Source: Octopus vulgaris | Lineage: Eukaryota | Assembly: GCA_951406725.2 (NCBI GenBank) | Contig: OX597820.1 | Span: forward strand, 64,542,001-64,606,000 | Direction: 5' to 3' | Length of the DNA: 64,000 bases | Shown: positions 27,026 to 40,267 of the stretch, one piece after another | Layout of the letters: each line of letters begins with the position of its first letter | How positions within the stretch are numbered: the stretch's first letter is position 1 | Position numbers and translations under genes: made by a program | Notes under the pieces: model-generated | The model's database searches: none | What the model was told of the DNA's origin: nothing | What the model saw: the letters and a program-made list of their open reading frames with translations, nothing else

Positions 27026-27196
27026 TTAGCTGGTCCCTCAACCCTTTTATCAACCCTATTATCTCCCCTTATTTCGCTCTCGCGTCTCATGTTTGATCTT
27101 TGACCTCTGGCCGAAATCAGATCGCCATGTTGATTCGTTAGCTACTGCACGCATTTTTTTTCTCTCCTTCTTTCTGTGTTTTTCTCTCTCTGTGTA

Positions 27197-27234
27197 TCTT
27201 TCTGTTGAAGAGCGTAGGCTCGAAACGTTAAAGA
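27197..27234 (+). ncRNA. Hammerhead-like motif in PLE pLTR (non-canonical core)
   Basis: tcttt CTGTTGA a gagc-gtag-gctc GAAA cg TT aaaga; stems I and II and palindromic acgt present, core deviates. Confidence 0.5.
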
Positions 27235-27331
27235 CTTGTTTTATTTATATTTCCTGAGCGCCATACTAATACAATTGTTCGTTTGTTTTCCACCTGCCTT
27301 CGTCTTTTGTTTATTTTCATAAAGCTTCCCG

Positions 27332-27383
<52 letters not shown>

Positions 27384-27454
27384 ACACACACACACACAAA
27401 TAAATTGATAGATACAACTGAGTGGGCAAACAAAAATATGAGACACTGCATAGT

Positions 27455-27781
27455 GCTTTTTTATATTTTGATAAGCCTGGTACTTATTCTGTCAGTTTCA
27501 TCTTGTGAAACCAGTAAGTTATGGGGATGTAAATAAACGAACACCAGTTGTGAAGCAGTGATGAGGAAGAAACACAAAGACACACACATAGACTTCCATA
27601 TATGCATACATATATATACAATTGATTTTTTTCAGTTTCTATCGACAAAGTCCACTGACAAGGCTTTGATTGGTCTCAGGCTATAGCAGAAAACACATGC
27701 CAAGTTACCACACAGTGGGACTGAACTGAGGACCTTGTGTTTTGGAACCGAGTTTGTCTCCACACAGCCACACCTGCACCT
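27455..27781 (-). mobile_element. Diverged SINE family A
   Basis: Ends in cagtgggactgaac..cacacagccacacctgcacc. Confidence 0.75.
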
Positions 27782-28008
27782 GTGTATGTGTGTATGGGTC
27801 TATATATGCATGTATATATGTGTATATATATATGTGTACATATTACTTGTACATCTATATATACATCTAGACATACATGTTTACATATACCTGTATATCT
27901 ATAGAAATACATCTATACATATACATATACAGCTATACATTTACATGTATACGTAATCATCTATATATATACATGTGTATGTATGTATATATATATACAT
28001 CCATATAT

Positions 28009-28064
<56 letters not shown>

Positions 28065-28079
28065 ATATACATACAATAG

Positions 28080-28288
28080 AGATATGCTTTTGTTTCACTT
28101 TTAACACGTAATACTGAAATGGTGGAGAAGATGTGATATTGCTGTGGGCTCGCCCTTGGCAAGAAGTTAAAAGATTTTTTGTCCATGATACTCCTTGGAC
28201 CCTAAGTAAGACATATGTAAAATTTGAATGAAATTGTTTGTGTAGTTCTCAAGTTTTAGGGTTTCATACAGACAGACACACATTCTCA

Positions 28289-28300
<12 letters not shown>
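28080..28300 (-). mobile_element. Helitron-like 5' terminal region
   Basis: aaatttgaatgaaatt..cagacagacacac..cagttttatatata parallels 17730-17826. Confidence 0.45.
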
Positions 28301-28337
<37 letters not shown>

Positions 28338-28433
28338 ATAAAACGGTAAGATAACAAAAGAAAGAAAGAGACCTCAATATTATGTAAATAGAGGAAATTT
28401 ATCTATACAATATGTTACATTACTCGGTAGTCA

Positions 28434-28496
28434 AGATAAAACTCTGAGTTTCAGATGCCGAAGTGGAAATCCACAACACCATCTCTTCGGTTATCT
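28434..28496 (-). ncRNA. Hammerhead variant (left arm)
   Basis: Reverse complement of 28892-28954. Confidence 0.6.
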
Positions 28497-28891
28497 GGCT
28501 ATTTGAAAACGTTATGAAAAAATACCGTTAAAAATGAAGGGAAATTACTCTGTTATAACTCTGCTTTGCCTGCGTACTTATACATCGCTCGCATTTTTCG
28601 TCATAAAAATTATATAAAAATACATAAAAAAATATATAAAAATATATAAAAATATATAAAATCTTCTTGGGACATAACACAGATAAAACGGATAGAACAT
28701 GCTTTCTGTGTTATGTCCCAAGAAGATTTTATATATCTTTATATATTTTTATATATTTTTTTATGTATTTTTATATAATTTTTATGACGAAAAATGCGAG
28801 CGATGTATAAGTACGCAGGCAAAGCAGAGTTATAACAGAGTAATTTCCCTTCATTTTTAACGGTATTTTTTCATAACGTTTTCAAATAGCC

Positions 28892-28954
28892 AGATAACCG
28901 AAGAGATGGTGTTGTGGATTTCCACTTCGGCATCTGAAACTCAGAGTTTTATCT
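28892..28954 (+). ncRNA. Hammerhead variant (U4C)
   Basis: agataa CCGAAGA gatg..(gtgga-t-ttccac hairpin)..catc t GAAA ctc-a-gag TT ttatct; perfect 6-bp stem I. Confidence 0.6.
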
Positions 28955-28976
28955 TGACTACCGAGTAATGTAACAT

Positions 28977-29027
<51 letters not shown>

Positions 29028-29334
29028 TGACTCACGCATACAAGTGAGTTTACAAACGAAACAATGTAGCACTCAATAGCTTGATAGGAGTTACCGATAT
29101 TTTTGGTAACAGTTTCATTGAGTTGCTCATATCGAGATGTTTCGAATTTCAGTACGACAGATCCGTCTCGTCACGTATTGGAAGCATAGTCTGCTCTTAG
29201 CATCTGGAGAAATGGTCATGTTCTCCAGGCCAACATTTGTGTATCCATAAGGATAATTTTAGAATGAATTCGATTATATATCTACTGGATGTATATGACA
29301 TAGGCTTAAACGAAAGCTGCAACAGTAATAGAGA

Positions 29335-29770
29335 CGCAGTCGTAAGAACGCAGTTTCGGTTCACAAAACAGGCATTGTGAGTATTTATTGAGCAAAAACA
29401 CCTAAGCTCCACGATGCTTCGGCGGGGGATGGTGGTGAATCCCGCTGTACTCTTTCAACACAACTTTCTCTCACTCTTTCTTCCTACTTCTGCCACAAAG
29501 AAGAGGAACCATGGTGTGGTAAACTTTCAGACCCTAGTCTAGATTGCTAATCCTCTGTACCCCAGGATAGTTCAGCTCTCCACCCGTTAAAAGCCACCGC
29601 TTACGGAATGAGGATAACAACGTAGCTTTCGCGCCCGTGCAACAGCCAGGCTATTGCGTGTGGTGGGTGGATCTTCAAGTTTCCACACGCATTCTTAGTG
29701 GCTTAGCATAGGCTCGAATCAGAGATTATTCTTTATTGCTAATGGCCTGAGTCCTGATTAGAAGACGAAC
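29335..29770 (+). mobile_element. SINE family C (5'-truncated)
   Basis: Colinear with 41089-41560. Confidence 0.8.
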
Positions 29771-30277
29771 AGCAACAGTAACAAACGTTCTCTTATTGGT
29801 TGGAATAAGAAGGGATGCTAATATCGTAACTGTTATATGCCACTGCCATATCGGTTTACTGTAACAGGGCTTCGAGTGATAGCATATACATCGTCGTATG
29901 GCATGGAATAAATCTCGATTCAAATTGTATACTATCATTTTAGAATAAAACGGAACAAAATATTAAAGCGTGTAGACCTAGCTCACAATACGCTAAAAAA
30001 TATATGATAATAGATAGGACGCCATAAGTCTCCTGTCTTTGTCTTAATTAATTACAACGGTAATTAATCTGTCGGATAATTAGTGAATTACATAGGTGTT
30101 TTTTGTTTTTTTTATTATATTTTCAATTATGTAGCATTGCTTCCTTTATATGTCTGTATGTCTGCCTGTCTGTCCCTCTGTCTGTATCTGTCTCCCTCCC
30201 TCCTCTCTGGTTGTAGACTTGGAAGAATAGTCTGTTAAAACGAATATATATTGTTTTTGATATACCTATGTTGTTAA

Positions 30278-30470
30278 AGGCGGTGAGCTGGCAGAACTGT
30301 TATAGCACCGCGCAAAATGCTTAGCCGTATATCGTCCGTCTTTACGTTCTGAGTTCAAATTCCGTGTTTGCCTGTTCATCCTTTCAGGATCGATAGAATG
30401 AATACCAGGATCAATGTAATCGACTTATCACTCTCCTCTGAAATTGCTGGCTTTGTACCAAAATTTGACA
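30278..30470 (+). mobile_element. SINE family B
   Basis: aggcggtgagctggcagaa..gagttcaaattcc. Confidence 0.8.
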
Positions 30471-30499
30471 CCGATACGTCTATTTTATTACAGACAGAC

Positions 30500-30536
<37 letters not shown>

Positions 30537-30961
30537 GACAGACAGAGAGAGGATATGTTTACATGCTACTTGGAATATTTGTATTCAACGATCAAATAAG
30601 TATTTTTTTACATATTTCATAAGTTGTCTACAGTTTGGATTTCAAAGGATTGTTGCAGTCACAATTTAAACCCACTGTTCTTGGGCGCTTTATGTATCCT
30701 GTTCTGTGACAGAAAGACGAAAATTAAGAAACGGTCTCAAGTAATCGTATTGCTCCAGAAGACAAATTCCTTGGCAGCTGTAAACAAGGCTCACTAAACC
30801 GAGACAAAGTATCACAAGACGTTCTTGGGGAAGTTTCAGAGGAAATGGAACACTGAATTGTCATCCGATGCTGGAACTTAAGAGATGCATATTTCTCTCC
30901 TCTTTTTTTCATTCTCTTGCAAGAAAAATCAAATACTATAATTATTACTAAATCTAATATG

Positions 30962-31171
30962 GTTTCAAATTTAGGTACAAGACCGGCAATTTTGTGAGAG
31001 TGGATATAATCTATTCATCGACACCAGTGATCAACTGGTACTTATCCTTTCGATACCAAAAGAATAAAAGGCAATCACCTCCGCAGAATTTGAACTAAGA
31101 AAGCAATGCACCGAAGAAACGCTGCTAAACAATTTTTCCGGCACGGTAATGAGTCTGCGAGCTCGCCACTT
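30962..31171 (-). mobile_element. Diverged SINE family B
   Basis: gaatttgaact..gagctcgccac. Confidence 0.65.
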
Positions 31172-32871
31172 TAGTAATATGTATAAGGTAAATCCCCAAG
31201 AAGACAGAATTGCCGGTTAATTTTAACCTGACGTTAAACATCAAAAACCTTTAATAACGAGAGGTACTGTTTTAAAATTACTGAGCAACAGCTTAGAAAT
31301 AACAATGAACTCCATCAAATTTCGTTCGGTTTTGTTAATAAATAAAGGATAATTTCGCTAATGTTGTACAAGGTACGCAATGTTTTCGAGGGAACGATGT
31401 GTCGTAGCCCACACAGCTTGTTCAAGCTATAGCTTAACTGCTGCAACAAAGTCTGGAGTAATGGAATAACCGAGTCTCGAGGTTTGGGGCTCTACTATTC
31501 TTACAAAGATTAATTGAAAAACAAAATGAAATTTGTTCACAGAAAATAAATAATTCAATTAATTTTAATAATTCCAATAATTCAGTTTCAGATTATTAAA
31601 CTAATAATTTAGTTTCATTTCATTAATGTTCATTAGAAAACGGAAGTCTCTTGAGAAATTTATCACCTTTACAGTCTCTCTATAATACTACGCTGACTGG
31701 AACCGGTGTGACGCCACAATTAAAGTTGAAAAGATGATGTTATGCCTCAATTCATCACTGATCGACTTGAACAACTAATGATGGCATTCCAGTCGTGACC
31801 ATCCGTTTCTTTAGGTGTATCTGGGACTGCATTTTCCTAACTATGTTGCTTATAAATTGCATCGGATAAGAATATATACTATTTTCATTTTTACTATGCC
31901 TTGTAAAGTATTTGTCGGACTTATAATTGTTTTCAGTCTTTAAGCCACTAGTAAAGAGCAATCTTTTACGATCGCAAGAGAAATCTAATTGATTCTCTAT
32001 CGAGACCCTTCCTATCCATTTGATGAGTGCAGCATATTCTAGAAGTTAATTCTTACTGCCAGATGTTCTGGTTGTTTTACTTATTCATTACTGAAAAAAG
32101 AGTCCAATCCTCTCATAATCACGTTCAAGCAAGTTTGTTTAATCTATACCTGGCTTCTTCGAACATATCCTGAAGAAAGATATTCTAGTCTGGACCAATC
32201 GTATTTTAAAAGAGATAGTACATCCAGAATTATAGATTAATTATTTTCCTTCATCCCTCAAATCAAAGGAAAACTCTAATTGTCTACTTTGAAGATGCGT
32301 TTTATTTGTAAGAAATGATGAACACATAGAAAAACCAGTTAAAACTTACGTATTAAGGTAACTCACAACGACTCTAATTTATCATAAGGTGAATACATTC
32401 CGCTGTGAAGGGGATTATTAACGTTAATGTTACTTTCTGTTGAAGGCAAGGGAAGCAAGTCATGAATTGAAATTGATGAAACTTTGAAAAACCGAAAGAG
32501 GATAAATAAGAGTATGTGGGTCTGATGTTTCCTAAGTACAAAGTAGATATATCCATCAATTTAAATCTCTTCGGCGAAACATGGCCATCACTGTACATAC
32601 CATGTCATAGAATAAATGTCAACATTTACACTGAAGTTTAGTATAGCTATTTTAATGTATAATATAAGCTCGACGACGTTAGAAACATTTCAAGTTTCAC
32701 TATTTCCTTTAGAGTATAGCATACAGTGTACGAACAACAATCATGAGATTTGAAACGTTTAAACTTTCGGTAAGATTTCATTCAAATCGAAATTACTTTA
32801 CGTCAACTTTCCAAAATGTAATGAAGTGTATTTGCATAACTTTTCTTCTATACACCTTACATAACCGAGAG

Positions 32872-32873
<2 letters not shown>

Positions 32874-32925
<52 letters not shown>
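32874..32925. repeat. (AAT)n microsatellite
   Basis: Direct reading. Confidence 0.95.
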
Positions 32926-32926
<1 letters not shown>

Positions 32927-34098
32927 TACATATACAATATTATATTTAAAAAAAATATTCAGGTGTATTATACTTTTCGGCACACTGGTACGTTCTTATT
33001 TTGAACATATTAATAACGTAGAAAATATATTGCAGGCAAATATTATTTCTTTGTTCTTTGTTAGCTTTCATTCTTTTATTACTGTTATTATTACTTCTGC
33101 CGTTGTTGATATTATTATTATCATTATTATTATTATTATTATTAGTTAAATTCCAGCTTCTTTGAATGTTGCAACAACAGAAACGTGCAACACATGCAAC
33201 ATCTGGAGTTTAATTTAACTTAATTCGATTTGCAATTCACCTCTGCTACGCATACAAATAACATTATGACGTCTTTGTCATAATTAATTAGTCTGTTAAT
33301 TAATTAATTAGCTTGTTAGCTAGGTACTGAGTTATTTAGGTGCTTTTTTGAAAAAAATAACAATGAAAATAATAGTAATTTCAATGTATTTCTCTCTCGC
33401 CCACTCTATTACATACACCTCTTCTGTATGTCGCATGGGGAGAATCGCCCACTGAAACGAATGTGCTTTATTTTTATACGTGTGTTTGCAAGAGGAAGGA
33501 TGTATTGTAAGAACATGGGTGTTTATCGGGGGTGGTTCATGGTATTCTAATGCATAGAGTTTTGTGTATTATTGATCTTGGTTTCTCTTAGCTCAATAGG
33601 CAAGATGTTTAAATGTGGATGAAGTTAATTCCAGCAATCTAAGTATTCATATCTTAAAAGAGAAACATCGGGTGGTTATGAATAACAATACAGAAAATAT
33701 TATATGGATTTTATGAGGAAGCCTCTAAGTAGTCGATCAGCTTGCTAGAAATAAATTCCCTCACATAGCACTCAGCCAGCTTACAAGGTGAATAAATAAG
33801 TAACGATTGAATACAAGATGGGATGGACTCGCCCTGGACGTCAATGTTAAGTATGTTTAATTAAGAATGTTCACGCGCTAAAATCCCAATGCATATGAAA
33901 AAATATAAACAATTATATTTTGGTTTAAAAACAAAATCTGATCCATTTTAATCGGTTACGATTACTGGTGTTTGTGCTTGATCATTTAAGCTTTCTAACC
34001 ATGGAGTATTTAGGACTACACTGCTCAATTTGATCCTCATTTCCAAGAGTTCAGTATGTAACCAGGAGAAAATTTACCTACTATTTCTGAAAATATAT

Positions 34099-34327
34099 AT
34101 TTCCTTATTGCCCACAAGGGGCTAAACATAGAGGGGACAAACAAGGACAGACAAAGGGATTAAGTCGATTATATCGACCCAGTGCGAAACTGGTACTTTA
34201 TTTATCGACCCCGAGAGAATGAAAGGCAAAGTCGACCCCGGCGGAATTTGAACTCAGAACGTAACGACAGACGAAGTACCGCTAATCATTTCGTCCCGCG
34301 CGCTAACATTTCTGCCAGCTCGCCGCC
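34099..34327 (-). mobile_element. SINE family B (alternative 3' tail)
   Basis: Full head plus ttgtcccctctatgtttagccccttgtgggc tail. Confidence 0.85.
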
Positions 34328-35226
34328 TTATTTCTGAAAATATAGGGTAACCACAACGAATGGAAAACATCGTCAACTTCTTGTATAAGTTAGTTATGGA
34401 ATGTTTTGAAATTTATATTATTTTATCTGGGGGGTTTTTCTCGACATATTTCTCAAAATAACAAAATTAGCGTAAGAATAGGTATTTGAAGTTTCTGGTA
34501 GGTCTACTTCAGTGCAATATCTACAAATTAAAAGTTTGATATTTTGTGTTCTGTCACAAGTAATTCGATGTGTTTGAGATCTAATCTTAAGCCTCACGAT
34601 CAAACATTACTAAAGTAAATAACAAATAGCAACTAAATAGAAATGGGTAATGTAAATCAGACATTTAAACTAGTGGCTATACTGAATTAAATCTTAGTAA
34701 TATGAATTTAAAATGATAGACTCTATGAAGCAGACCTGCATGAGATACAACTTTATTAAGACAAACAGCATTCAGTTCTGCTCCTTCCTTAATACTATTA
34801 AAGGACAATTTTATACTTTCAACTAATGTCTTTTAGTTACTGTGTGCCAAAGTAACTGGTAGTGAACTTTCGGTGACCCTCCAAGACTGGTGTATTTGGT
34901 GTTATTAATGCCGTCCAACATTTCCAGAGAAGAACGAGCAAGAATGCATCTAGAGGCTGTTGACTGGTTGTAGTAATTCGGGCGGGACTCAGTGCGGTTG
35001 GATATACCACCACGGATATGAGAAGAGGAAAAACAGCCTAATAAGCTGAAGATAACATAGAGAGTAGTGTTACTGGAATTGTTGTTGCTTGTGGAGGTCT
35101 GGTTATTGTTTTCGTTGTTTACATAGCTTTTACATACCTTCAGGTATAATGGGACAAACGTACCACTGGGAAACCTTCATAATTTGGTAAAAGTTGCCAG
35201 CAATTATCATGAAAGACACATTGGAT

Positions 35227-35389
35227 AGGCGCAGGAGTGGCTGTGTGGTAAGTAGGTTGCTTACCAACCATATAGTTCCGGCTTCAGTTCCAATGCGTGG
35301 CACCTTTGGCAAGTGTCTTCTACCATAGCCACGGGCCGACCAAAGACTTGTGAGTGGATTTGGTAGACGGAAACTGAAAAAAGCCTGTC

Positions 35390-35457
<68 letters not shown>

Positions 35458-35690
35458 ATATCTGTGTGTGTGTATGTATAAAGTTTGTGTATCTGTGTTT
35501 GTCCCCCCAACATCGCCTGACAACCGATGCTGGTGTATTTATGTCCCCGTCAGTTAGCGGTTCTGCAAGAGAGAGCGATAGAATAAGTACTAGGCTTACA
35601 AAGAATAATTCCTGGGGGCGATTTGCTCGACTAAAGGTGGTGCTCTAGCATGGCCGCAGTCAAATAACTGAAGCAAATAAAAGAATAAAA
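35227..35690 (+). mobile_element. SINE family A, full length
   Basis: aggcgcaggagtggctgtgtggt.. to A-rich tail. Confidence 0.88.
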
Positions 35691-36525
35691 TAATTGGATG
35701 ATATTACGTAGTAATTCACATCACAAACACGCGGCGCCGAGTTTCATCGTATACAGAGTATTGTTATAAAATCTCCTTTGCATCGTTTGGGACTTTCTAA
35801 GCATCTCATGTGGAGGAGTTATTGTTTTTAGCCCCAGCGCAGCCGTGTTTGAGCCAGACTTATTATCAATGTCATTGAAGCTGTCCCCATGCTTTATTTC
35901 TAAATCTGTAGCAACATTATCTAATGTAAGCACTTGAAGCTGCCACAGATTTCTGTTTTGAGGTAGGGTATTCAGGAAACATTAGGAATTTTTAATACCT
36001 CAAACGAATTCATGTTACTTCTTTGACTGCAAAATCAATCGTGCGTTCGTCCATCTTTATTTCAGCACAATTGTGATACATGTTTATAGTTTTAATTATG
36101 CATATGTATGTGTTTGTGTGGGTGTGTGTGTGAGTGTATGTTTCTGTGTGTATGTGTGTGTTGGTGGGTGGGTGTGAGTCTGCATGTGCGTGCGCACGTG
36201 TGTGTTATAACCATTGACCTAGATTGAAATTACATGTTTCGTCTCTCGAGATTAATTCGTTCTGCCATCCTCGAACAGCGAGGACTATAAAATGACTAAA
36301 TTATTCTCACTTCCTAATTATAATAAATTTGACTTACTCAAAATTGAATTTTGCTATTTGTCACTTAACAGTCGTAAAGAACGCACACACACGCACTCAC
36401 ACACAAATGCATCTCTATGTGTTTGTCTTTCTATGTATTTGTTTCACCGATCACTTTATATGTGTGAAGGATATCAAAATCTTTAAGGCACAAAAGAGGT
36501 AATTTACAATATTTGATTGAGACTA

Positions 36526-37358
36526 AGGCGGCGACCTGGCAGAAAGGTTAGCACGGCAGACGAAACGCTTAGCAGTATTTTTTTCTATTTTTACGTTCTG
36601 AGTTCAAATTCGCGAAGGTCGACTTTGCCTTTGGTCCGTTCGGGTTCGATTAAATAAGTACCAGTAACCCACTGGAGTCGATATAATCGACTTAATCTGT
36701 TTTTCTGTCCTTGTTTGTCCCATTTGTGTAGCCCTTGTGGGCAGTAAAGAAATAAGAAAAGTTCGCAGGCTGGGCGAAAAGTTTAGCGGTATTTCGTCTG
36801 CCGTTACATTCTGAGTTCAAATTTCGCCGAGGACGACTTTGCTTTTCACCCTTTCGGGGTCTTTTAAATAGGTACCAGTTACGCACTGGGGATCGATGTT
36901 ATCGACTTAATCCTTGTGTCGGCCCTTGTTTGTCCCCTCCGTGTTTAGCTCCTTGTGGGTAGTAAAGAAATAGATATTCCGTCTGTCGCTACGTTCTGAG
37001 TTCAAATTCCGCCGAGGTTAACTTTGCCTTTCATCCTTTCGGGGTCGATTAAATAGGTACCAGTTACGCACTGGGATCGATTAAATAGGTACCAGTTACG
37101 TACTGGGGTCGATATAATCGACTTAATCTGTTTGTCTGTCCTTGTTTGTCCCCTCTGTGTGTAGCTCCTTGTGGGCACTAGAGAAATTGATATTTCGTCT
37201 GCCGCTACGTTCTGAGTTCAAATTCTGCCGAGGTCGACCTTGCCATTCATCATTTCGGGTTCGATTAATTAAGCACCAGTTGCGTACTGGGTCGATGAAA
37301 TTGACTGCCCCCCCCCCACTCTCCCAAAATTTGAGGCCTTGTGCCTAGATTAGAAAAT
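36526..37358 (+). mobile_element. Head-to-tail array of four SINE family B units
   Basis: ttctgagttcaaatt occurs four times at about 200-bp spacing. Confidence 0.85.
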
Positions 37359-37707
37359 AATAGTTGCAAACAATCAATTGACCTGCTCGTTGTCAGAAAT
37401 GCATGAAAGCAGATATTTGTTTGTTGTAATACTGAAAACAATGATAATCTCATTTGTAAATTGGGATTTCAAATTGGTAAACAAATAAAGAACAAATTAA
37501 TATGTGATATGTCTCAGCCCACAAGTTAATAGGAAAACCAGATCCTGCCAACCATGAATTTATTTATCTGTATTGTTTAACTTCAATTAATACAAATTAA
37601 TGCAACATTTGATTATATTTTTATATCCATTGTTTCTTAATTTTTTTCAGCAGCTACTTCAAATTAATGTGTTAATAGAATGTTATTTTTAATTCAGGCA
37701 TCAGGAA

Positions 37708-37900
37708 AGACGGCGAGTTTGTTCAATCGTTAGCGATTCGATCAAAATGTTGAGCGGTATTTCCTCTGGAATTACGCTTTGAGTTCAAATACCACCGAGA
37801 TCAACTTAGGATCGATATAGTAAGAACAAGTTGGGCTCCGGGGTCGATATAATAGACTTTCCCAGCCTCCTCAAAAGTTGCTGCCTCTGAGCTAAAATTT
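37708..37900 (+). mobile_element. Diverged SINE family B
   Basis: gacggcgagttt..gagttcaaatacc..ggggtcgatata. Confidence 0.65.
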
Positions 37901-38289
37901 GAAATCATTATTTCCGGTGTCCGTAAAGCAGTAGGAGAAAAGTTTATTTCTAGGCTTTGCGAACTCATTCTCATTATTCTGAAAATGCTTAACTCTTTTA
38001 GCGATATATTCAGTATCGTTAGCCGCAGATATCTGTCATTCCTCACTGTGATAGATATGACTGCTATCGCCAAAAGCAATAGCGATAGCAGTTCTCCCTG
38101 AAATATTCCCTCTCAGGATTTACACAGTTATGAACAACTGACTTCTGCACTTCAGTTCAACTCAAAATCTCATCATTTTTTTCTAAAAGGAAAGAAATCA
38201 ATAGATAATTAAAAATAAATTAATAAAGCGCTAGTCTCTTCGTTGATAGCAAGCATCTTAGCGATTCCAAAAAGGAAAAGAGCGCTTCA

Positions 38290-39750
38290 TTATCCCTTGT
38301 TGTTGTCTATCCTACAAAAATCTAAGTTAACATTTCTTACCCGTATTTTGTTTCATTCGATCTATATACAATAAGGCGTCAGTTTCCATTAATTTATCTC
38401 TCCGTCTTGTTTGCATTTCTAGAAGCAGTCTCTCCGTTTCCAGAAAGGTATACCATTCCCCCGGTATGAAACCAGTTACCATTTTATAAACCAACAACGA
38501 AAACGCAACAAGCCTACAATTACTCATTTCTTTCTCGTCTCAGTACTTCTTTGTTAACTTTGTCCTTCCTTTTGGACTTATTTTTCTATAAAATTAGACT
38601 GAATCCGTTGCATGTGCATGCCTATGACAATTCTAAACACGAACCCTGTTACCTCATCTGGTTCAGGAGCTTCACATTTTGTTATCTTTTTAAAATCATT
38701 CTCCTTCAGTAATATTCATTTGCCTTGAACTATTCTTTTATTCACGTTTAAACTGCTACAATCATTCTTTTTCACTGTTTTTGATGGAGCACCTTACATC
38801 ATCTTTCTGATCTCAGTATCCGTTCCTGCATCAGAGTTCGATATTTCATTCTTCTGAAGTTTATTCTCAATGTTAAACTATTGGGAAATTTCCTTTCTAT
38901 GTTTCTGAGGAACTTGTTCTGTTGATACTACTCTATTCTTTGTTGATATACGGTATTTTTTTACTCGATCTTCCTTTCATTTTTGTTGTTGCCTTACCGC
39001 TTATTTAGCTACTCGAATTGCTATATGTTTGAAGCTGTGTTTTCTTCAAAGCTCGTCCTTATGTCTTTCCTTCAACCTCATCTTTTTAATTATAGTATTT
39101 ATTCCCCGAGGATCTTTACTGAGATCTCAGTTTGATTCTCTAATCTTCTCTTCCACCAGAGGTATTTGGCCATTTTTTTCTGTTCTACTATTAACTGCTA
39201 ATGCTTTACAGCAACAGGTGCACCTTATATCAGGTCATTTACATCTATTATATTCACACCTTTGATTTTTGCTAATAATTTATCCAATTTCTTTACTGCT
39301 TTTCATACCTTTGCTCCTTTCATTTCCTTTCAAAGCTGATAATCTTCTGTCCCTATTTCTTATTTCATTCAAACGTTGAAATATAATCCTTTTTGCTGTT
39401 CCCATATCTTTTCCTTCTGTGAAGTAAGACGTAATTTTACTCCCACTCTTCTTTTCTCCTGGTGATTCATTGATCTTCTCGCCATTTCTTTTTTAATTTC
39501 CTCTCCTGAGGAACCATATTCTTCATCTTCTACTCTAAATAGTTCTTCCATCTCCAACTAAGATAGTCAGTCGTTTCTCTCTATTTTATAGTTTCTATCC
39601 AGAAGTTTTTATTCTGTTGCTAAGAAAATGTCACTCTATCTAAATCACACTCATTCTTCTTTTGCCACTTCCATAGTAAAGTTCTATGATGATTCTAGTG
39701 TTATTCTGTGACCATATTCTTCTAATAGTTTCAGCGATATCTGAATGACA
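38290..39750 (-). mobile_element. Decayed R4/Dong-clade LINE (N-terminal region and start of RT)
   Basis: Across frames: NDLI*GA..YLWWKRRLENQ, YQQRIE*YQQNKF, EAPEPDEVTGF, SNCRLVAF.LLVYKMVTGFI..YTFLE..LL.E.Q...LLYIDRM, colinear with the R4/Dong ORF. Confidence 0.7.
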
Positions 39751-40234
39751 TCCAAGCCTATTCTGCACTTCAATAAAACGCATGTTATGCGGGAAACTCA
39801 CACATGGTTAGTTAGTTTCATTAATGCGTTTCTGAAATAAATTTTATCTGCTATCACGCTCATAACGTGACTTGTGAGGATCAGGTGACACAACTATTGT
39901 TATTTCTATCGAGACATTATCCCCAGAAGAGAAATCAGTCAGGGCTTTAAATGGGAATTTGGACAGAAATTGTTAAAATGGTATACATAAACTCGAGACG
40001 CGAACTCATCCTAACCATTTCTTCCATCTGAACTCACCAACTTGTTTCGGCCATACTCATACAGAGTGTATTGACTTACAGACTTATAGACTTATAATAA
40101 TCTAAGTAGTAAATTAGAGGTACAGAATGAAATACTGTTGCTTTGCTAGCGATTAAATACACACACATATATACACTGTTGCATGTATACGTGTGCATCT
40201 GTGATGTATGCATATATGCATATATGTATGTGTG

Positions 40235-40267
<33 letters not shown>

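Larger units (their letters stand above)
24277..27333 (+). mobile_element. Penelope-like element (Neptune type), 5'-truncated, inserted in (TA)n
   Basis: (TA)n at both ends; long RT+GIY-YIG ORF; 3' region with hammerhead-like motif. Confidence 0.92.
28336..28984. mobile_element. Fold-back PLE-pLTR-like element in (TA)n
   Basis: Arms 28404-28683 and 28705-28984 nearly identical, 21-nt spacer, extra ~68 bp on the left, (TA)n on both sides. Confidence 0.85.

Noticed and set aside
36526-37358. Regularly spaced repeats as a CRISPR-like array
   Set aside because: Units are whole SINE copies without unique spacers; eukaryotic context
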